Shown in pieces: positions 47,944 to 59,561 of a stretch of 64,000 bases of DNA. The stretch is from Gammaproteobacteria bacterium (GTDB lineage Bacteria > Pseudomonadota > Gammaproteobacteria > JBCCGL01). Both the position numbers and the translations under genes were made by a program. The notes under the pieces were generated by a model that searched no databases, was not told the origin of the DNA, and saw only the letters and a list, made by a program, of their open reading frames with translations. Numbering within the stretch: the stretch's first letter is position 1; each line of letters opens with the position of its first letter. The stretch is from positions 96,001 through 160,000 of the forward strand of contig OZ255836.1 of the NCBI GenBank assembly GCA_965277715.1, written 5' to 3'.

Positions 47944-48235
47944 ACTGGCATGTCCTCTATTTTCTTTTCAATACGTATGGGTTGCGGGCTAGTAAATATC
48001 TAAATGGGGTGTGAAGTATGAAATCCCACTCAAATGCTACCACCGTCAGCGAAAATGGGAAGCATGACATTTTACCTAATAAGACCTAAATAATGGGCTT
48101 ATTTTAGCTTGTTTTGACCGGCTCTTTCCATAATCACTGTACGCCAGTATCAACAGGGATAGCTGTCGAGTCAGGTACGTTTTTGCACATGGCTTAGCGC
48201 CAATCCGGCCAACAGTGCCAGGCCCATCATCCTCA

Positions 48236-49990
48236 TTAATCCACATCACTGGTGACGCGAATCACTTCGTCGATGGTGGTGACGCCCTGCTGTGCCATGT
48301 GCAGGGCACGACGCGACAGGTTGGTGTAGTCCTGCTGTTGTCCGATGGCGTGGGTGAACCTGCGCAGGTCATCGTTGCGCAGCGCGACTTTGGCGTCGTG
48401 GCCGAGGATTAACAGTTCGTAGGTGCCGGTTCGACCGTCGAATCCGCTATTGTTACAGCGTGGGCAACCGTCGCCACGAAAAAACGACAGGGTGTTGCTG
48501 TCCAGATCGGGGAACAGGGTTTCCAGCCACACGTGCTGGGCATCCTCAATGCTGTGCGGTACTCGGCACTTTTCACAAATGCGGCGCACCAGGCGCTGCG
48601 CCAGAATACCGGAGAGCGAGGTCGCCAGCAGGTATCCTTTGGCGCCAATGTCGATCAGGCGGGCGATGGTACTGGCGGCACTGTTGGTGTGCAGGGTGGA
48701 CATCACCAGGTGCCCGGTGATCGATGCGCGCACGCCTATCTCGGCAGTTTCCAGGTCGTGCATTTCACCGATCAGGAGCACATCCGGGTCCTGGCGTAGC
48801 GCGGTACGCAGCACCCGTGAAAATGTCAGGCCAATTTTTTCGTTGATCTGCACCTGATTGATCCGCGCCATTTGGTTTTCGATGGGATCTTCGACAGTAA
48901 TGATTTTTCGATCCGGTGTGTTCAATTCCTGTAGGCAGGAATACAGGGTGGTGGTTTTACCGCTGCCCGTTGGCCCGGTGACCAATATCAGGCCGTGGGG
49001 TTGATTGATCAGACGGCGGAGTTTTTTGATCATACCCGTGGGTATGCCGAGCTGATCCAGCGTCAGTTGCCCGGCGGTTTGGTCGAGCAGCCGCATGACC
49101 ACTGATTCACCGTGCTGCACGGGCATGGTTGAGAGCCGCACATCGAGGTTGTGGCGTTTTACTTTGATATGGAAACGGCCATCCTGTGGCAGGCGCTTTT
49201 CTGCAATATCCAGTTGCGCGAGGATTTTCAGGCGTTGTACCAGCGCCGGGGCAATGCGTGTTTCACTGACAATGTGTTCATTCAGTATGCCATCGACGCG
49301 TTGGCGTAGGCGCAATACCTGCTCGTCTGGCTCGATATGAATATCGGAGGCGCCCGCGTGTACGGCGTCTTCAAACATGGATTGCAGCAGTCGGAATACC
49401 GGGGTTTCAGAGGTTTTGGCACTGCGTATCAGCTCGTCGAGGTCGAGCTTGATACCACTGGCAGATAACTGCTCGTCGAGTGCTTCAGCGAGGCTGTCGA
49501 TTTCCTCTGTGCGCCGGTAAACGCTGTCGATACTGTGCAAAACATCGGTTTCGCGCACCACTGCCTGGTGCACACGGCGCTTTAGCTGGCGGCTGATTTC
49601 ATCAAAGGCGTACAGGTTGGTGGGGTCGGCCATGCCCACCAGCGCCTGTGTGTCATCCATCTCCAGCACCAGGGCGCGGAAGCGGCGCGCCGTGCTCTCG
49701 GGCAGTTTTTTGACGGTTCCGGTATCGAGCTTGTAATCGACCAGTTCTATAAACGGTATTTTGAGCTGCTGCGAGAGAAAATTGAGCAGATGGGTTTCCT
49801 GGATAATACCCAGTTCGATCAGTGTGTTACCGAGTTTGTTGCCGGTTTTTTCCTGCTCGACGAGGGCGCTTTGCAGTTGTGTCTGTGAAATGATTTCGTT
49901 CTGCACCAGCATATCGCCAAGGCGCAGTTTCTTTGCCAGTGGGGCTGTTTTTCCGTGGGTAATTAAACCGGGCGTTATTTCAGAGGTCAT
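48236..49990 (-). CDS. mshE: MshE/GspE-family pilus ATPase with MshEN c-di-GMP-binding domain
   Basis: RLGDMLV...QLQSAL..Q...GNKLGNTL; RLPQDGR; GPTGSGKTT; LRQDPD; TGHLVMSTLH. Confidence 0.88.
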   Translation of the reverse strand: MTSEITPGLITHGKTAPLAKKLRLGDMLVQNEIISQTQLQSALVEQEKTGNKLGNTLIELGIIQETHLLNFLSQQLKIPFIELVDYKLDTGTVKKLPESTARRFRALVLEMDDTQALVGMADPTNLYAFDEISRQLKRRVHQAVVRETDVLHSIDSVYRRTEEIDSLAEALDEQLSASGIKLDLDELIRSAKTSETPVFRLLQSMFEDAVHAGASDIHIEPDEQVLRLRQRVDGILNEHIVSETRIAPALVQRLKILAQLDIAEKRLPQDGRFHIKVKRHNLDVRLSTMPVQHGESVVMRLLDQTAGQLTLDQLGIPTGMIKKLRRLINQPHGLILVTGPTGSGKTTTLYSCLQELNTPDRKIITVEDPIENQMARINQVQINEKIGLTFSRVLRTALRQDPDVLLIGEMHDLETAEIGVRASITGHLVMSTLHTNSAASTIARLIDIGAKGYLLATSLSGILAQRLVRRICEKCRVPHSIEDAQHVWLETLFPDLDSNTLSFFRGDGCPRCNNSGFDGRTGTYELLILGHDAKVALRNDDLRRFTHAIGQQQDYTNLSRRALHMAQQGVTTIDEVIRVTSDVD

Positions 49991-49994
49991 GGCG

Positions 49995-50354
49995 TTATGC
50001 TTTTGATCGTGGTGTTTATGGCGTCTACACGCCGCTGTGCGTGGCGGCGTAATTCAACCGACAGGTAAGGGGTGCTGAATACTGTTGCTGTATCTGGGAT
50101 CACTGCCAGCGCTGCCGGTAGGCGAGGTGTCTGCGGTATTGTGCCCGGTATTGTGCCTGTCCCGACAAAGTAGTCCCGACAAAGTATTTTGCATCGTCGA
50201 ATACCTGTTGGGCCGGTTTATCCGGGGCCATACTGAGGCAATGCGCTTCGAGCAATTGGGGTTGCGCGTTTTTGCCGTGCTCGATCACGACCGTCAGCGC
50301 GTTGTCCTGAATACTCAAGCCAACCTGAAGTGTGTTGTTGCGCCGTTTAAACAA
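49995..50354 (-). pseudogene. Possible msh operon remnants (MshI-like start, MshN-like end)
   Basis: MFKRRNNTLQVGLSI... and ...LSVELRRHAQRRVDAI directly before mshE. Confidence 0.4.
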
Positions 50355-50689
50355 TGTTGTCGTCCAGAAAATTATCGATAAGCCTACTGATTATCTATAA
50401 CGGCCATCGCGGTAGTAGGTTTAACCTATTTTTCAGGTCTGGTCGCTCGTCTAACAAGACGTGACTGAAGATCGATAGATTCTGTGTTTGTCTGCATGAA
50501 GAGAATATGCCGTGAAATTCCTTGATCAAAAATTGTGCCAGGTGCGCCATTGTTCGGGGTGTGCGGGGAATCGCTATTGGAGGCTGCGCAGAGCAGATAA
50601 GCACGTATCTACGGCATGGCTGTTAGGTCAGGTTGGATTAGGCTACGTTAGGGTAGGTCGGGTGAGATTTAAGCCGGGTGAGGTTTAAA

Positions 50690-51592
50690 CTAGGCCAAAT
50701 CGGCCTCGGTTTTGTAATCGAGTAAAAACTGGAGGAAGGTATTGGCTACCCGCGACAGCTGTTTGCCCTTCATATAACCGACATACCAGCGCCGCAATAG
50801 CGGGAAAGCCTCAACATCAAGAGTGATAAGCTGGCCCGTTTTAAGTTCGGTGTGCAAATTATTGGTAGACAGAATAGACAGGCCCAGCCCTGCCATTGAG
50901 CCTTGCTTGATCGCCTCGGTACTGCCCAGCTCCATATAGGGCTCTACACTGAGTTGGTGTTCGGTGAAGATACGCGTGACTGCCAGGCGCGTTCCCGAGC
51001 CTTGTTCGCGCATCAGCAAACGCTCTTTGGTGATACGCTGCAAGGGGATATTTTTTTCACTGGCCAATGGGTGTTGTGGGTTGGCGACTACCACCAGTGG
51101 GTTATCCATAAAAGGGTAGGCTTGCATTTCCATCGAATCGGGGATTTTTCCCATAATCACCAGGTCATCGCTGTTGTCGTTGAGCCGTTCGATGAGTTTG
51201 GCGCGGTTGACGACCACCATACTCGGCTCGACTTGTGGGTACGCCTGGACAAAACGGCCCAGCAGATGCGGCATAAAGTGCTCGGCGGTGGTGACGACAG
51301 ACAAGCGCAATTTACCCTTGATAGAACCCTGTAACTCACCAATCGCTGCACTCAGGTGATCGATGCGTTCGAGTATGTCGATACAGGCGGCGTGCATTTC
51401 TTTACCGGCATCGGTAAGGTAGTTACGCTTGCCGATTTTTTCAAATAATGGCAGGCCAATATTATCTTCCAGGCGTTTAACCTGAATGGAGATAGCGGGC
51501 TGTGTGAGGTGCATCTCCCTGGCGGCACGGGTAAAACTGGCGTGCCGGGCCACCGCGTCGAATACTTTCATTTGTTGAAGGGTGAGGTGCAT
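50690..51592 (-). CDS. cbbR: LysR regulator, CbbR-like
   Basis: MHLTLQQMKVF...SFTRAAREMHLTQPAISIQVKRLE; NPLVVVA...HPLA; REQGSGTR; GSTEAIKQ; FPLLRRWY. Confidence 0.75.
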   Translation of the reverse strand: MHLTLQQMKVFDAVARHASFTRAAREMHLTQPAISIQVKRLEDNIGLPLFEKIGKRNYLTDAGKEMHAACIDILERIDHLSAAIGELQGSIKGKLRLSVVTTAEHFMPHLLGRFVQAYPQVEPSMVVVNRAKLIERLNDNSDDLVIMGKIPDSMEMQAYPFMDNPLVVVANPQHPLASEKNIPLQRITKERLLMREQGSGTRLAVTRIFTEHQLSVEPYMELGSTEAIKQGSMAGLGLSILSTNNLHTELKTGQLITLDVEAFPLLRRWYVGYMKGKQLSRVANTFLQFLLDYKTEADLA

Positions 51593-51702
51593 GGTTTAAA
51601 ATTAACATAATTTTATTAGCTTTATAAAATTTATTATTTTTGTTTATGATAAGTTTGCCCAGAACGCCTATTTACTTACCGTCAACGATGAGAAACACCT
51701 GT

Positions 51703-52383
51703 ATGAATAAAGACGTGATCGCGCCCTCAATCCTCGCCGCTAACTTTGCCCGCCTGGGTGAAGAGGTCGACAACGTACTCGCCTCTGGCGCTGATATGGT
51801 GCACTTTGATGTGATGGATAATCACTATGTACCTAACCTCACGATTGGCCCGCTGGTGTGTGAGGCCTTGCGTAAACACGGTGTGCAGGCACCTATCGAT
51901 GTTCATTTAATGGTCAAGCCGGTTGACCGTATCATCCCCGATTTTGCCAAAGCAGGTGCCAGCTATATCACCTTTCACCCGGAGGCCAGCGAGCATATCG
52001 ACCGCAGTCTACAACTGATCCGTGAGTGCGGTTGTAAATCGGGGCTGGTATTTAACCCCGCCACATCACTGGATTATCTGGATTACGTACTCGATAAAGT
52101 GGATATGGTGTTATTGATGTCGGTTAACCCCGGATTTGGCGGGCAGCAGTTTATACCCTCGACGCTGGACAAACTGCGGCGGGTGCGCAAGATCATCGAC
52201 GCCAGTGACCACCCGATTCGTCTTGAAGTGGACGGTGGTGTGAAGATCGATAACATCGCTGAAATAGCCGCAGCGGGGGTGGATACGTTTGTCGCCGGTT
52301 CGGCGGTCTTTGGTGCTGGGCGAGATGCGGACCCCCATCGCTACGATACGGTTATTGGGCAGTTTCGGGAACAGTTGGGGTAG
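51703..52383 (+). CDS. rpe: Ribulose-phosphate 3-epimerase
   Basis: [45 protein letters not shown]. Confidence 0.95.
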   Translation: MNKDVIAPSILAANFARLGEEVDNVLASGADMVHFDVMDNHYVPNLTIGPLVCEALRKHGVQAPIDVHLMVKPVDRIIPDFAKAGASYITFHPEASEHIDRSLQLIRECGCKSGLVFNPATSLDYLDYVLDKVDMVLLMSVNPGFGGQQFIPSTLDKLRRVRKIIDASDHPIRLEVDGGVKIDNIAEIAAAGVDTFVAGSAVFGAGRDADPHRYDTVIGQFREQLG

Positions 52384-52555
52384 CTTGGTGCTGGTAGGGG
52401 AGGAATAGCGTGAGCGGGTGCTTATATCAGTGGTTCGGTTCGTGTACCCTGATTTTCTCAAACAACCAGTTTCTGAATTTTTGCAACTGTCGGTTTGATC
52501 GTATGCATGTCTTACGCCGTGCCATTCAATCATAGTCGAAAAGATAAATTAACAA

Positions 52556-53203
52556 ATGCACAACGTCTTACAATTTCAAGAAGACACACTGAAGAGTGAA
52601 AGTGCCGCTTGGGAGCATTCAATATCAGACAAGGGGCAGGTTTATACCCGCCCGGAAGTTGTCGAGTTCATGCTTACCGCATTGGGTTTGAACACATGCG
52701 ATGATTTTAAAAATACCCGTATTCTTGAACCATCGTGTGGTGAAGGTGAGTTTGTCGTCGCCATTGTAGACAGGCTTGTCAACCTTCCGAAAAACCGTCC
52801 TACTGTTAAACAACTTGGCGGTAAGCTGCTCGCGATAGACCTTGTGGCAAGCAGCCTTGAAATAACCAAGAAGAAGGTGGCCACATTACTTGAAACAAGA
52901 GGTTATAGTACTATTGAAGTAACCTTATTGCTGAATCAATGGTTTCTATCGACTGACTTTCTACTTGCAGATATAACACCGGGTTTTACACATGTTATTG
53001 GTAACCCTCCGTATATCAGGGTTGAAAATATTCCTAAAAGTCTTTTAAACGAATATAGAAGACAGTTTGCGACAATGACTGATCGTGCTGATTTGTATAT
53101 TCCATTTTATGAAAAGTGCCTTTCACTGTTAAAAGATAATGGAAGACTCTCATTTATCTGTACAGATCGCTGGACAAAAAACACCTATGGTAAGAGATGT
53201 TAA
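52556..53203 (+). pseudogene. Adenine DNA methyltransferase (Eco57I-like), C-terminally truncated
   Basis: GQVYT, LEPSCGEGEF, GNPPY, ADLY; ends at 215 aa without a target-recognition domain. Confidence 0.8.
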
Positions 53204-53295
53204 GGGAGATTTTCCAGTTTCGCTGCACCCCCGGCTGCGCTTCAAGTGGGGCTGATTACAAGGCGTGAGGCATAATAAACACAAGAGGAAAAACC

Positions 53296-53724
53296 ATGAT
53301 TGAAATTATTGCAACTTTATGCGCCGGTACTTTTTTCGGTGCCGCCGTATATATAAACCTTGCTCAACATCCGGCCACGTTGGAAACGGGAGGTGAATTC
53401 GCGGGTAAATTTTTTCCACCAATGTACGCCAAAGCGTCTGTATTACAAATTGCTCTTGCACTTTGTGGTACAGCTCTAGGTGTCATTTCCTGGTTTCTTT
53501 CTGATGATACATACTGGCTTATCGGTGCTGTTTTTCTTGTGTCAGTTGTTCCGATTACACTACTCTTTATCAAACAAATAAACGATCAGCTACTACACCC
53601 TAAGCACCAACTTAAACCGGAAGAGGTAATCGCTTTACTTGCGCAGTGGAACCCTAGGCATTGGGTTAGAACAGGCGTTAGTCTTGTCGCTTTTGTTTGT
53701 TATCTTTTAGCCGTTGCAGGGTGA
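53296..53724 (+). CDS. DUF1772/anthrone oxygenase-like membrane protein
   Basis: GAAVYINLAQHPA; IN..L; LAQW...HWVRT. Confidence 0.8.
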   Translation: MIEIIATLCAGTFFGAAVYINLAQHPATLETGGEFAGKFFPPMYAKASVLQIALALCGTALGVISWFLSDDTYWLIGAVFLVSVVPITLLFIKQINDQLLHPKHQLKPEEVIALLAQWNPRHWVRTGVSLVAFVCYLLAVAG

Positions 53725-54104
53725 GCCGTACCAAGCAGGACTATTAAATTTTCTACCGTTGATCGCCGGGCGCCCAACTACTGCGCTCGCCGTTTATGGC
53801 AGCGTTAGGCAAATATAGAGAACCATGCCATAACATAATGTATACCCGTGCTATTGTTGTGAGAGAAACAGGTATCAGGCATATTTCATTGTATAAAAAG
53901 AACTTATACGAGTAGGAAAAAAATCGGGTGGACGATTTTTCATAGCAATGCCCTGCTGGATACGGTTTAGATATGATCGTTTCTTTTTTGTGGCATTTTT
54001 AACATGATAATTATGACGGGCTGTAAGGTGACACACGGCTTGAAAGTTATTAGTGGTCAAGGCACACTGGTAAATTCAAAATAACTTCACCACTCGGGGG
54101 CTTT

Positions 54105-55379
54105 ATGAAGCTGGAATCTATTGCACTACACCATGGGTATGAGTCGGAAGCCACGACTAAAGCGGCGGCGGTACCGATCTACCAGACTACATCTTACACT
54201 TTCGATAATACCCAACATGGCGCGGATCTGTTCGATCTCAAGGTAATGGGGAATATCTATACCCGTATCATGAACCCAACCCAGGATGTTTTAGAACAAC
54301 GGTTGGCAGAAATGGAAGGCGGTATCGCTGCCCTGGCTACTGCTTCTGGTATGGCGGCAATCACTTATGCAATTCAATGTATCACCCAGGCTGGCGATAA
54401 TATTGTCAGTACCAGTGAGCTTTACGGCGGCACTTATAATTTATTTGCTCACGGACTGCCTAATCAGGGTATTGAGGTGCGAATGGCCTCCGGTGATGAT
54501 ATCGGCGCCCTTGAAGCGTTGATTGATGATAAGACCCGTGCAGTATTTTGCGAATCAATTGGTAATCCCCTTGGCAATATTGTGGATTTAGCGGCCCTGT
54601 CAGAAATGGCGCATCGCCATGGTGTGCCGGTAATTGTCGATAATACTGTTCCTACCCCTTATCTGTGCCAACCCTTTAACCATGGCTGTGACATCGTTGT
54701 TCACTCGCTTACCAAGTATATTGGTGGTCATGGCACGACTATTGGTGGCGTCATTATTGATTCTGGAAAATTCGATTGGGTGATCAATAAGGATCGATTC
54801 CCGATGCTTAACCAGCCCGATCCGTCTTATCATGGTGTGGTCTATACGGAAGCCCTGGGGCCTGCCGCCTATATTGGGCGTTGCCGCGTAGTGCCGTTAC
54901 GAAACACCGGTTCTGCCATCGCGCCCCATAGCGCTTTTATGGTGTTGCAGGGTTTGGAGACATTGGGGTTACGCATTGATCGCCATTGTGAGAATGCGCT
55001 GGCTGTGGCCAGTTATTTGTCGGACCATGATCAGGTCAGTTGGGTTAATTACGCGGGCCTTGAAAACCACAAACACCATGGGCTTTGCCAAAAGATTACC
55101 AGCGGCAGGGCGTCGGGGATTTTGAGCTTTGGTATTCAGGGTGGCGAAGCAGCGGGTGCAAAGTTTATTGACGCTTTACAAATGATTCTGCGGCTAGTCA
55201 ATATCGGTGACGCCAAATCACTCGCTTGCCATCCAGCATCCACCACTCACCGCCAGCTCGACGATGCCGAACTTGCAACTGCGGGTGTGAGCCGGGATAT
55301 GGTGCGGATATCGGTGGGTATTGAGCATATCGACGATATTATTGCGGATATCAGTCAGGCGCTGGATACGGCTGCATAG
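54105..55379 (+). CDS. metY: O-acetylhomoserine aminocarboxypropyltransferase
   Basis: PIYQTTSY, GNIYTRIMNPT, HSLTKYIGGHG, NIGDAKSL..HPASTTH. Confidence 0.92.
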   Translation: MKLESIALHHGYESEATTKAAAVPIYQTTSYTFDNTQHGADLFDLKVMGNIYTRIMNPTQDVLEQRLAEMEGGIAALATASGMAAITYAIQCITQAGDNIVSTSELYGGTYNLFAHGLPNQGIEVRMASGDDIGALEALIDDKTRAVFCESIGNPLGNIVDLAALSEMAHRHGVPVIVDNTVPTPYLCQPFNHGCDIVVHSLTKYIGGHGTTIGGVIIDSGKFDWVINKDRFPMLNQPDPSYHGVVYTEALGPAAYIGRCRVVPLRNTGSAIAPHSAFMVLQGLETLGLRIDRHCENALAVASYLSDHDQVSWVNYAGLENHKHHGLCQKITSGRASGILSFGIQGGEAAGAKFIDALQMILRLVNIGDAKSLACHPASTTHRQLDDAELATAGVSRDMVRISVGIEHIDDIIADISQALDTAA

Positions 55380-55625
55380 GGCGCGGTTGTTTGGTGAAAT
55401 TTGAAAAATGATGCCTATAGAATTAGTTTTGGGATAAAATATAGTAGCCTTAATATGTTTTTGGCTAGGGCCTGTTGACGTTTGGCTATAAGCTTTTGAA
55501 ACAAAAGGCAAACTCGTATCATTAAGTTTAAACCGGCGTGCAAAAAGCGTGCTTGGCTTAGTTCGACGTTATGTGCAAAAAGAATTCATCCTTTTGGTTG
55601 AATCCCGAAAACCCTATATTTGTCA

Positions 55626-55963
55626 TCAGCGTTCCAAAATTCCTGGCTGTCGAGGTTTTAAATGCCTCACTAAGCTATGCATAATAGTTCTAAGGGACTT
55701 TCTTGTCATTATTTTTTGCAGAGAGCGGATGGTGAATGAGCATATACGGGTAATTCTAGCGTAAAAAAACAATGGATTAACAAAGCCGCCTTTTTTCTGG
55801 GCAATTTGTTGTCTCTTATCAAGCATTTTAGTGTATTTTTTATCAGATGGATGAATACATTCCAGGTTTTTTGTTTTTGATGTTTTTTCAAAAATACGCA
55901 TGATATTATAGGCCATAGCAGTAAAACGCATTTGACTGTTCAGCGTATTCAGGTTTGAAGACC
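55626..55963 (-). pseudogene. 3' fragment of the 21583-type transposase
   Basis: Near-identical to 21583-21922. Confidence 0.9.
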
Positions 55964-56648
55964 GAGTATGACCTTAATTTGATGTTGTATTTAAGCGGCG
56001 ATAAGCAAACTAAATTGACCGACCTTTTGCCAAAACTGCTGCCATCTGCCAGTACTATAGTTTATGCAGCGTAAACCTAACACGGCTGCCGCCCCTTTTT
56101 CTTTCCACTTTATTGCAGAACCACATAACCGTTGTTTCATAATCACCTTGCAAGCCGCTTCCGTTACACCCGAACCAATGGGTAAGCTATTTTTTACATT
56201 ATGAGCATATTTCATCTTATCTTTGTTGTTTGTAAAATAGGTGATAACAGAATTAAGGGCATTTCGTTTCTCTTTCGATAGATCACTGTTATTGCCAAAA
56301 GCCACCATTTCGTTCAGTAACCGCGTTGCCGAACCCACACAGTGCTTTAGCTTATGGCAAGATTGATCAAGCCATTCACTCCTATCTAACGCGTTTCTTT
56401 TTCCATGAAACATCACATGAGCGGCTTTTCCAAGGTATTCGCTCACATGCCAAAAGTCGATTGTTTGGGTATGAGTATGTCGCTTTAAAAAAGGCCAATT
56501 ACATTTCGCACCATCAGCAATTCCTACATAGTGGGCATCAGGGTAGTACTTCTTTACTTTGATGATCGCCTGTTCAAAACGCCCCAAAAAGGTCTCCTTG
56601 CCATACTCAGGCGTAGCCGCCATATAGATGGTATGTTGTCTATCACCC
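55964..56648 (-). pseudogene. ISKra4-family transposase 3' half with IS end
   Basis: IADGAKCNW, IDFWHVSEYL, PIGSGVTEAACK...QRL; end sequence GAGTATGACC. Confidence 0.8.
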
Positions 56649-58208
56649 CAATGGCACTAAGTTAAGCCGCTTTAGCTTGCCAATATTCAGTTTTTAAAAC
56701 GTTCCTTGGTCGAGTCATTAATGCCCGTGGTTTAGGTCGCCTTTTTACCACTCTTGGTTCAAATCTAAAAGGTCGATGAAGCACACGATCATCCGCAATC
56801 GCTGCATATAAATAATCAAGATATTGCCGTCTTTTTTGTGCTGGACTCTGCCCACTACCAAGTGATGAAGTGCTTTGTCGGAGTGTTTGCAAAACACCTT
56901 TAAGACTTAGCCGATCAACCGGTGTGTCATGTCGGTATGAAGCGACACACATGATGTGCCTGATCGTGTTGTAAACAATCATGTGCATGATGATTTCCTT
57001 ACGAACCATATCAGGTGTTTTACAGCGTAATATATCCATACCCATGGTGGTTTTAATATTGCGAAAATACAGTTCCACATTCCAGCGCTGTGCATAGAGG
57101 TCGATAATTTCTATAGCGGGATATTGCTGAGCATCAAGTAGTGTCGTGATGATATAAAAATGGTTCGTCCTAAATCCTTTTCGTACAATACTGACGTGTA
57201 TTTGTCGTAAAGTTAAGGTCTTTGGAAGGTCGCTATGCTGCTCTTTTGTGTAACGGGTCGCTTTTGTGTGTTTAGGTTTTTGCCATTCAATATGAAGGTC
57301 ATTATCGGCTATCTTCTTTTTGGCCTGGGAGGCAGTGCTGGGCGTTCTCCGCGCCAATGTAACGACACTGTCAACCGTTCGTCGAGAGAGGCAGTCAATA
57401 TCGTAGAAGCTGCAAAAACCTTTATCACCTAAGAAAATGTCACCTTCATTGAAGGTATCCCATTGTTCTTCTAAAAGTCTTAGCTCATGACTTTTTTTAT
57501 TTCCTAGTGCATAGCTCAGAATTAAACCGCTATAAAGATTAAAACAAGCTAAAAGCCGTGCTTGAGGAAATCCGCATCCCTGTTTTTGTGATTTCGGTTG
57601 TGGGTAAGTTTGTTGATTCGCGGGCGTATCGGGCATGGATAGGCCTGTCCCATCGGCAACGATAACCGGTCGACCTTGGAGCGCTTTGGGTTGAGGTGGC
57701 GATAATCGACACGTCCCTGAAAATACGTTTTTAAGATCGTCCATGGGTAGTTTTTTACGTGCTTGGCAATAGGCGGAGGTGGATGATGAAGGTATGGGAA
57801 TGCCTTGGTTGTGGGCGACATTTTGCAGTTGTCTAACGACTTCTTTACAGCCACCATCGGCGTTCATTATTTGTGAAAAAAACAACCAGAAAGTATTTTC
57901 TTTACTGAAAATACGTCGACGACTATTCACACCAAAATCATTCGGTTTAAGAATATTCGTGGGTATAATATCGCCAAGAAAAACAGGTAGTTCACTCAGT
58001 GATTTGTGACGTATTTTTGCTATCTTATCGTGCAAGATTTGAATGGCTGAACGGGGTGTTTTGCGGAGTGTTTGGATGTTGAATCCGGGTAGAAATAAGG
58101 TTGTATTTTTCATACAAAATTATAACATTTCAGCCTTTTTTATTGGGTTTATTACAGTTATTTTTTCGTTTATTTTACCCGCTAAAACCGCTTAACTTAG
58201 TGCCATTG
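56649..58208 (-). mobile_element. IS4-family IS (1560 bp), no TSD
   Basis: 19-bp TIR CAATGGCACTAAGTTAAGC / GCTTAACTTAGTGCCATTG. Confidence 0.92.
56662..58113 (-). CDS. IS4-family transposase
   Basis: ADGT, GDKGF, YAQRWNVELYFRNIK. Confidence 0.92.
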   Translation of the reverse strand: MKNTTLFLPGFNIQTLRKTPRSAIQILHDKIAKIRHKSLSELPVFLGDIIPTNILKPNDFGVNSRRRIFSKENTFWLFFSQIMNADGGCKEVVRQLQNVAHNQGIPIPSSSTSAYCQARKKLPMDDLKNVFSGTCRLSPPQPKALQGRPVIVADGTGLSMPDTPANQQTYPQPKSQKQGCGFPQARLLACFNLYSGLILSYALGNKKSHELRLLEEQWDTFNEGDIFLGDKGFCSFYDIDCLSRRTVDSVVTLARRTPSTASQAKKKIADNDLHIEWQKPKHTKATRYTKEQHSDLPKTLTLRQIHVSIVRKGFRTNHFYIITTLLDAQQYPAIEIIDLYAQRWNVELYFRNIKTTMGMDILRCKTPDMVRKEIIMHMIVYNTIRHIMCVASYRHDTPVDRLSLKGVLQTLRQSTSSLGSGQSPAQKRRQYLDYLYAAIADDRVLHRPFRFEPRVVKRRPKPRALMTRPRNVLKTEYWQAKAA

Positions 58209-59561
58209 CGATCAAACGTGTTTTTTTTCAGTTAAACACAGGAGACTTTAATAATTTACTCTGTTCCAAGCGTCTAAACGACCTAAGCGAACTATCGGGC
58301 AGCTATCGAGACCGGGTATTCACCCCACTTGTTACACTGCGTTTATTTCTCTGGCAGGTGTTAAGTGATAATGGCAGTTGTAAAGAAACAGTCGCCCGTC
58401 TGCTAGTTGATCGTTTACATGAAAACCTGCTTCCAAGTTCTTTTAATAGCGGTCCTTACTGTAAAGCCCGTCAACGTTTATCTCTGTCGTGGGTACTTCA
58501 GGAGGTACGTTCAATCGGTTCAACGTTACATGCCAGAGCAGGTAAAATTTGGACATGGAAAGGGTATAATGTGGTGCTTGTGGATGGAACCACTGTTCTC
58601 ATGCCTGATACCCAGAAAAATCAACATAAATACCCCCAGCAACAGACTCAAAAACCGGGTTTAGGTTTTCCTATTGCTCGAATAATCGGACTCATTTCTT
58701 TAAGTTCTGGCGCTATTATTGATTATGCGATGGGAGAGTATCAAGGAAAGGGAACAGGGGAAATGTCATTATTCAGTACCCTGATGACGTCATTAACCGC
58801 CAATGATCTGTTACTGGCAGACCGCTATTACTGTACTTATGCTGTCTTAGCGGCTCTACAATCGAAAGGGGTTGCATTCGTCTCAATGAATCACGCACAA
58901 AAGAAAGCGGATTACAAAACAGGGTTAACGCTTGGTGCAAAAGATCATCTTATCGAGTGGAAAAAACCTAAAAGAAAACCGGTTTGGATGTCGCAATCAA
59001 ACTTTGATCTATTGCCGAAAACACTGACAGTTCGAGAATTTTCAGTGGATGGGACAGTCTATGTTAGCACTTTGTTGGAGGTTGATACTTACCCTAAGAA
59101 AGAGCTTTCAACACTGTATAAGGAACGTTGGAAAGTTGAATTGGATTTTCGTACAATTAAAACAGATTTGAAAATGGACATGTTGCGATGCCATTTACCC
59201 GAGATGGTTGAAAAAGAAATAGCAACAACCTTTATGGCTTATAACCTGATTCGGGGTAGCATGGCAGAGTCAGCAAAAACAGAGGGTGAAATAGCACGTC
59301 AAATAAGTTTTAAGGCAACGGTACAGCTACTGGGTATTGCTCATATTAAATTCATCCATTCAACATCCAGTATGATACAAAAAGCGTACACTTCCTTATT
59401 AAGGATAATCGCTTCAACGTTAATTGGCAGGAGAAAACGATCACCCCAACCAAGGGCAATTAAACGACGACCAAAAGCCTACCCACTGTTAACTGAACCT
59501 CGTATCAAGGCCTCTCAGAGGCTAAAAGATTCATTGGGTTAAACCTGAAGTAGCGGTATTG
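58209..59561 (+). mobile_element. IS4 copy 3 (same element as the transposon arms), 5'-truncated
   Basis: Starts at codon ~11 of the transposase; ends ...GTAGCGGTATTG. Confidence 0.92.

Noticed and set aside
47944-48000. Possible tail of a CBASS gene overlapping the nucC start (ATGA)
   Set aside because: Only 19 open codons with no recognisable motif
55467-55500. AGGGCCTGTTGACGTTT, possible IS/MITE end
   Set aside because: No matching second end or transposase found in the window
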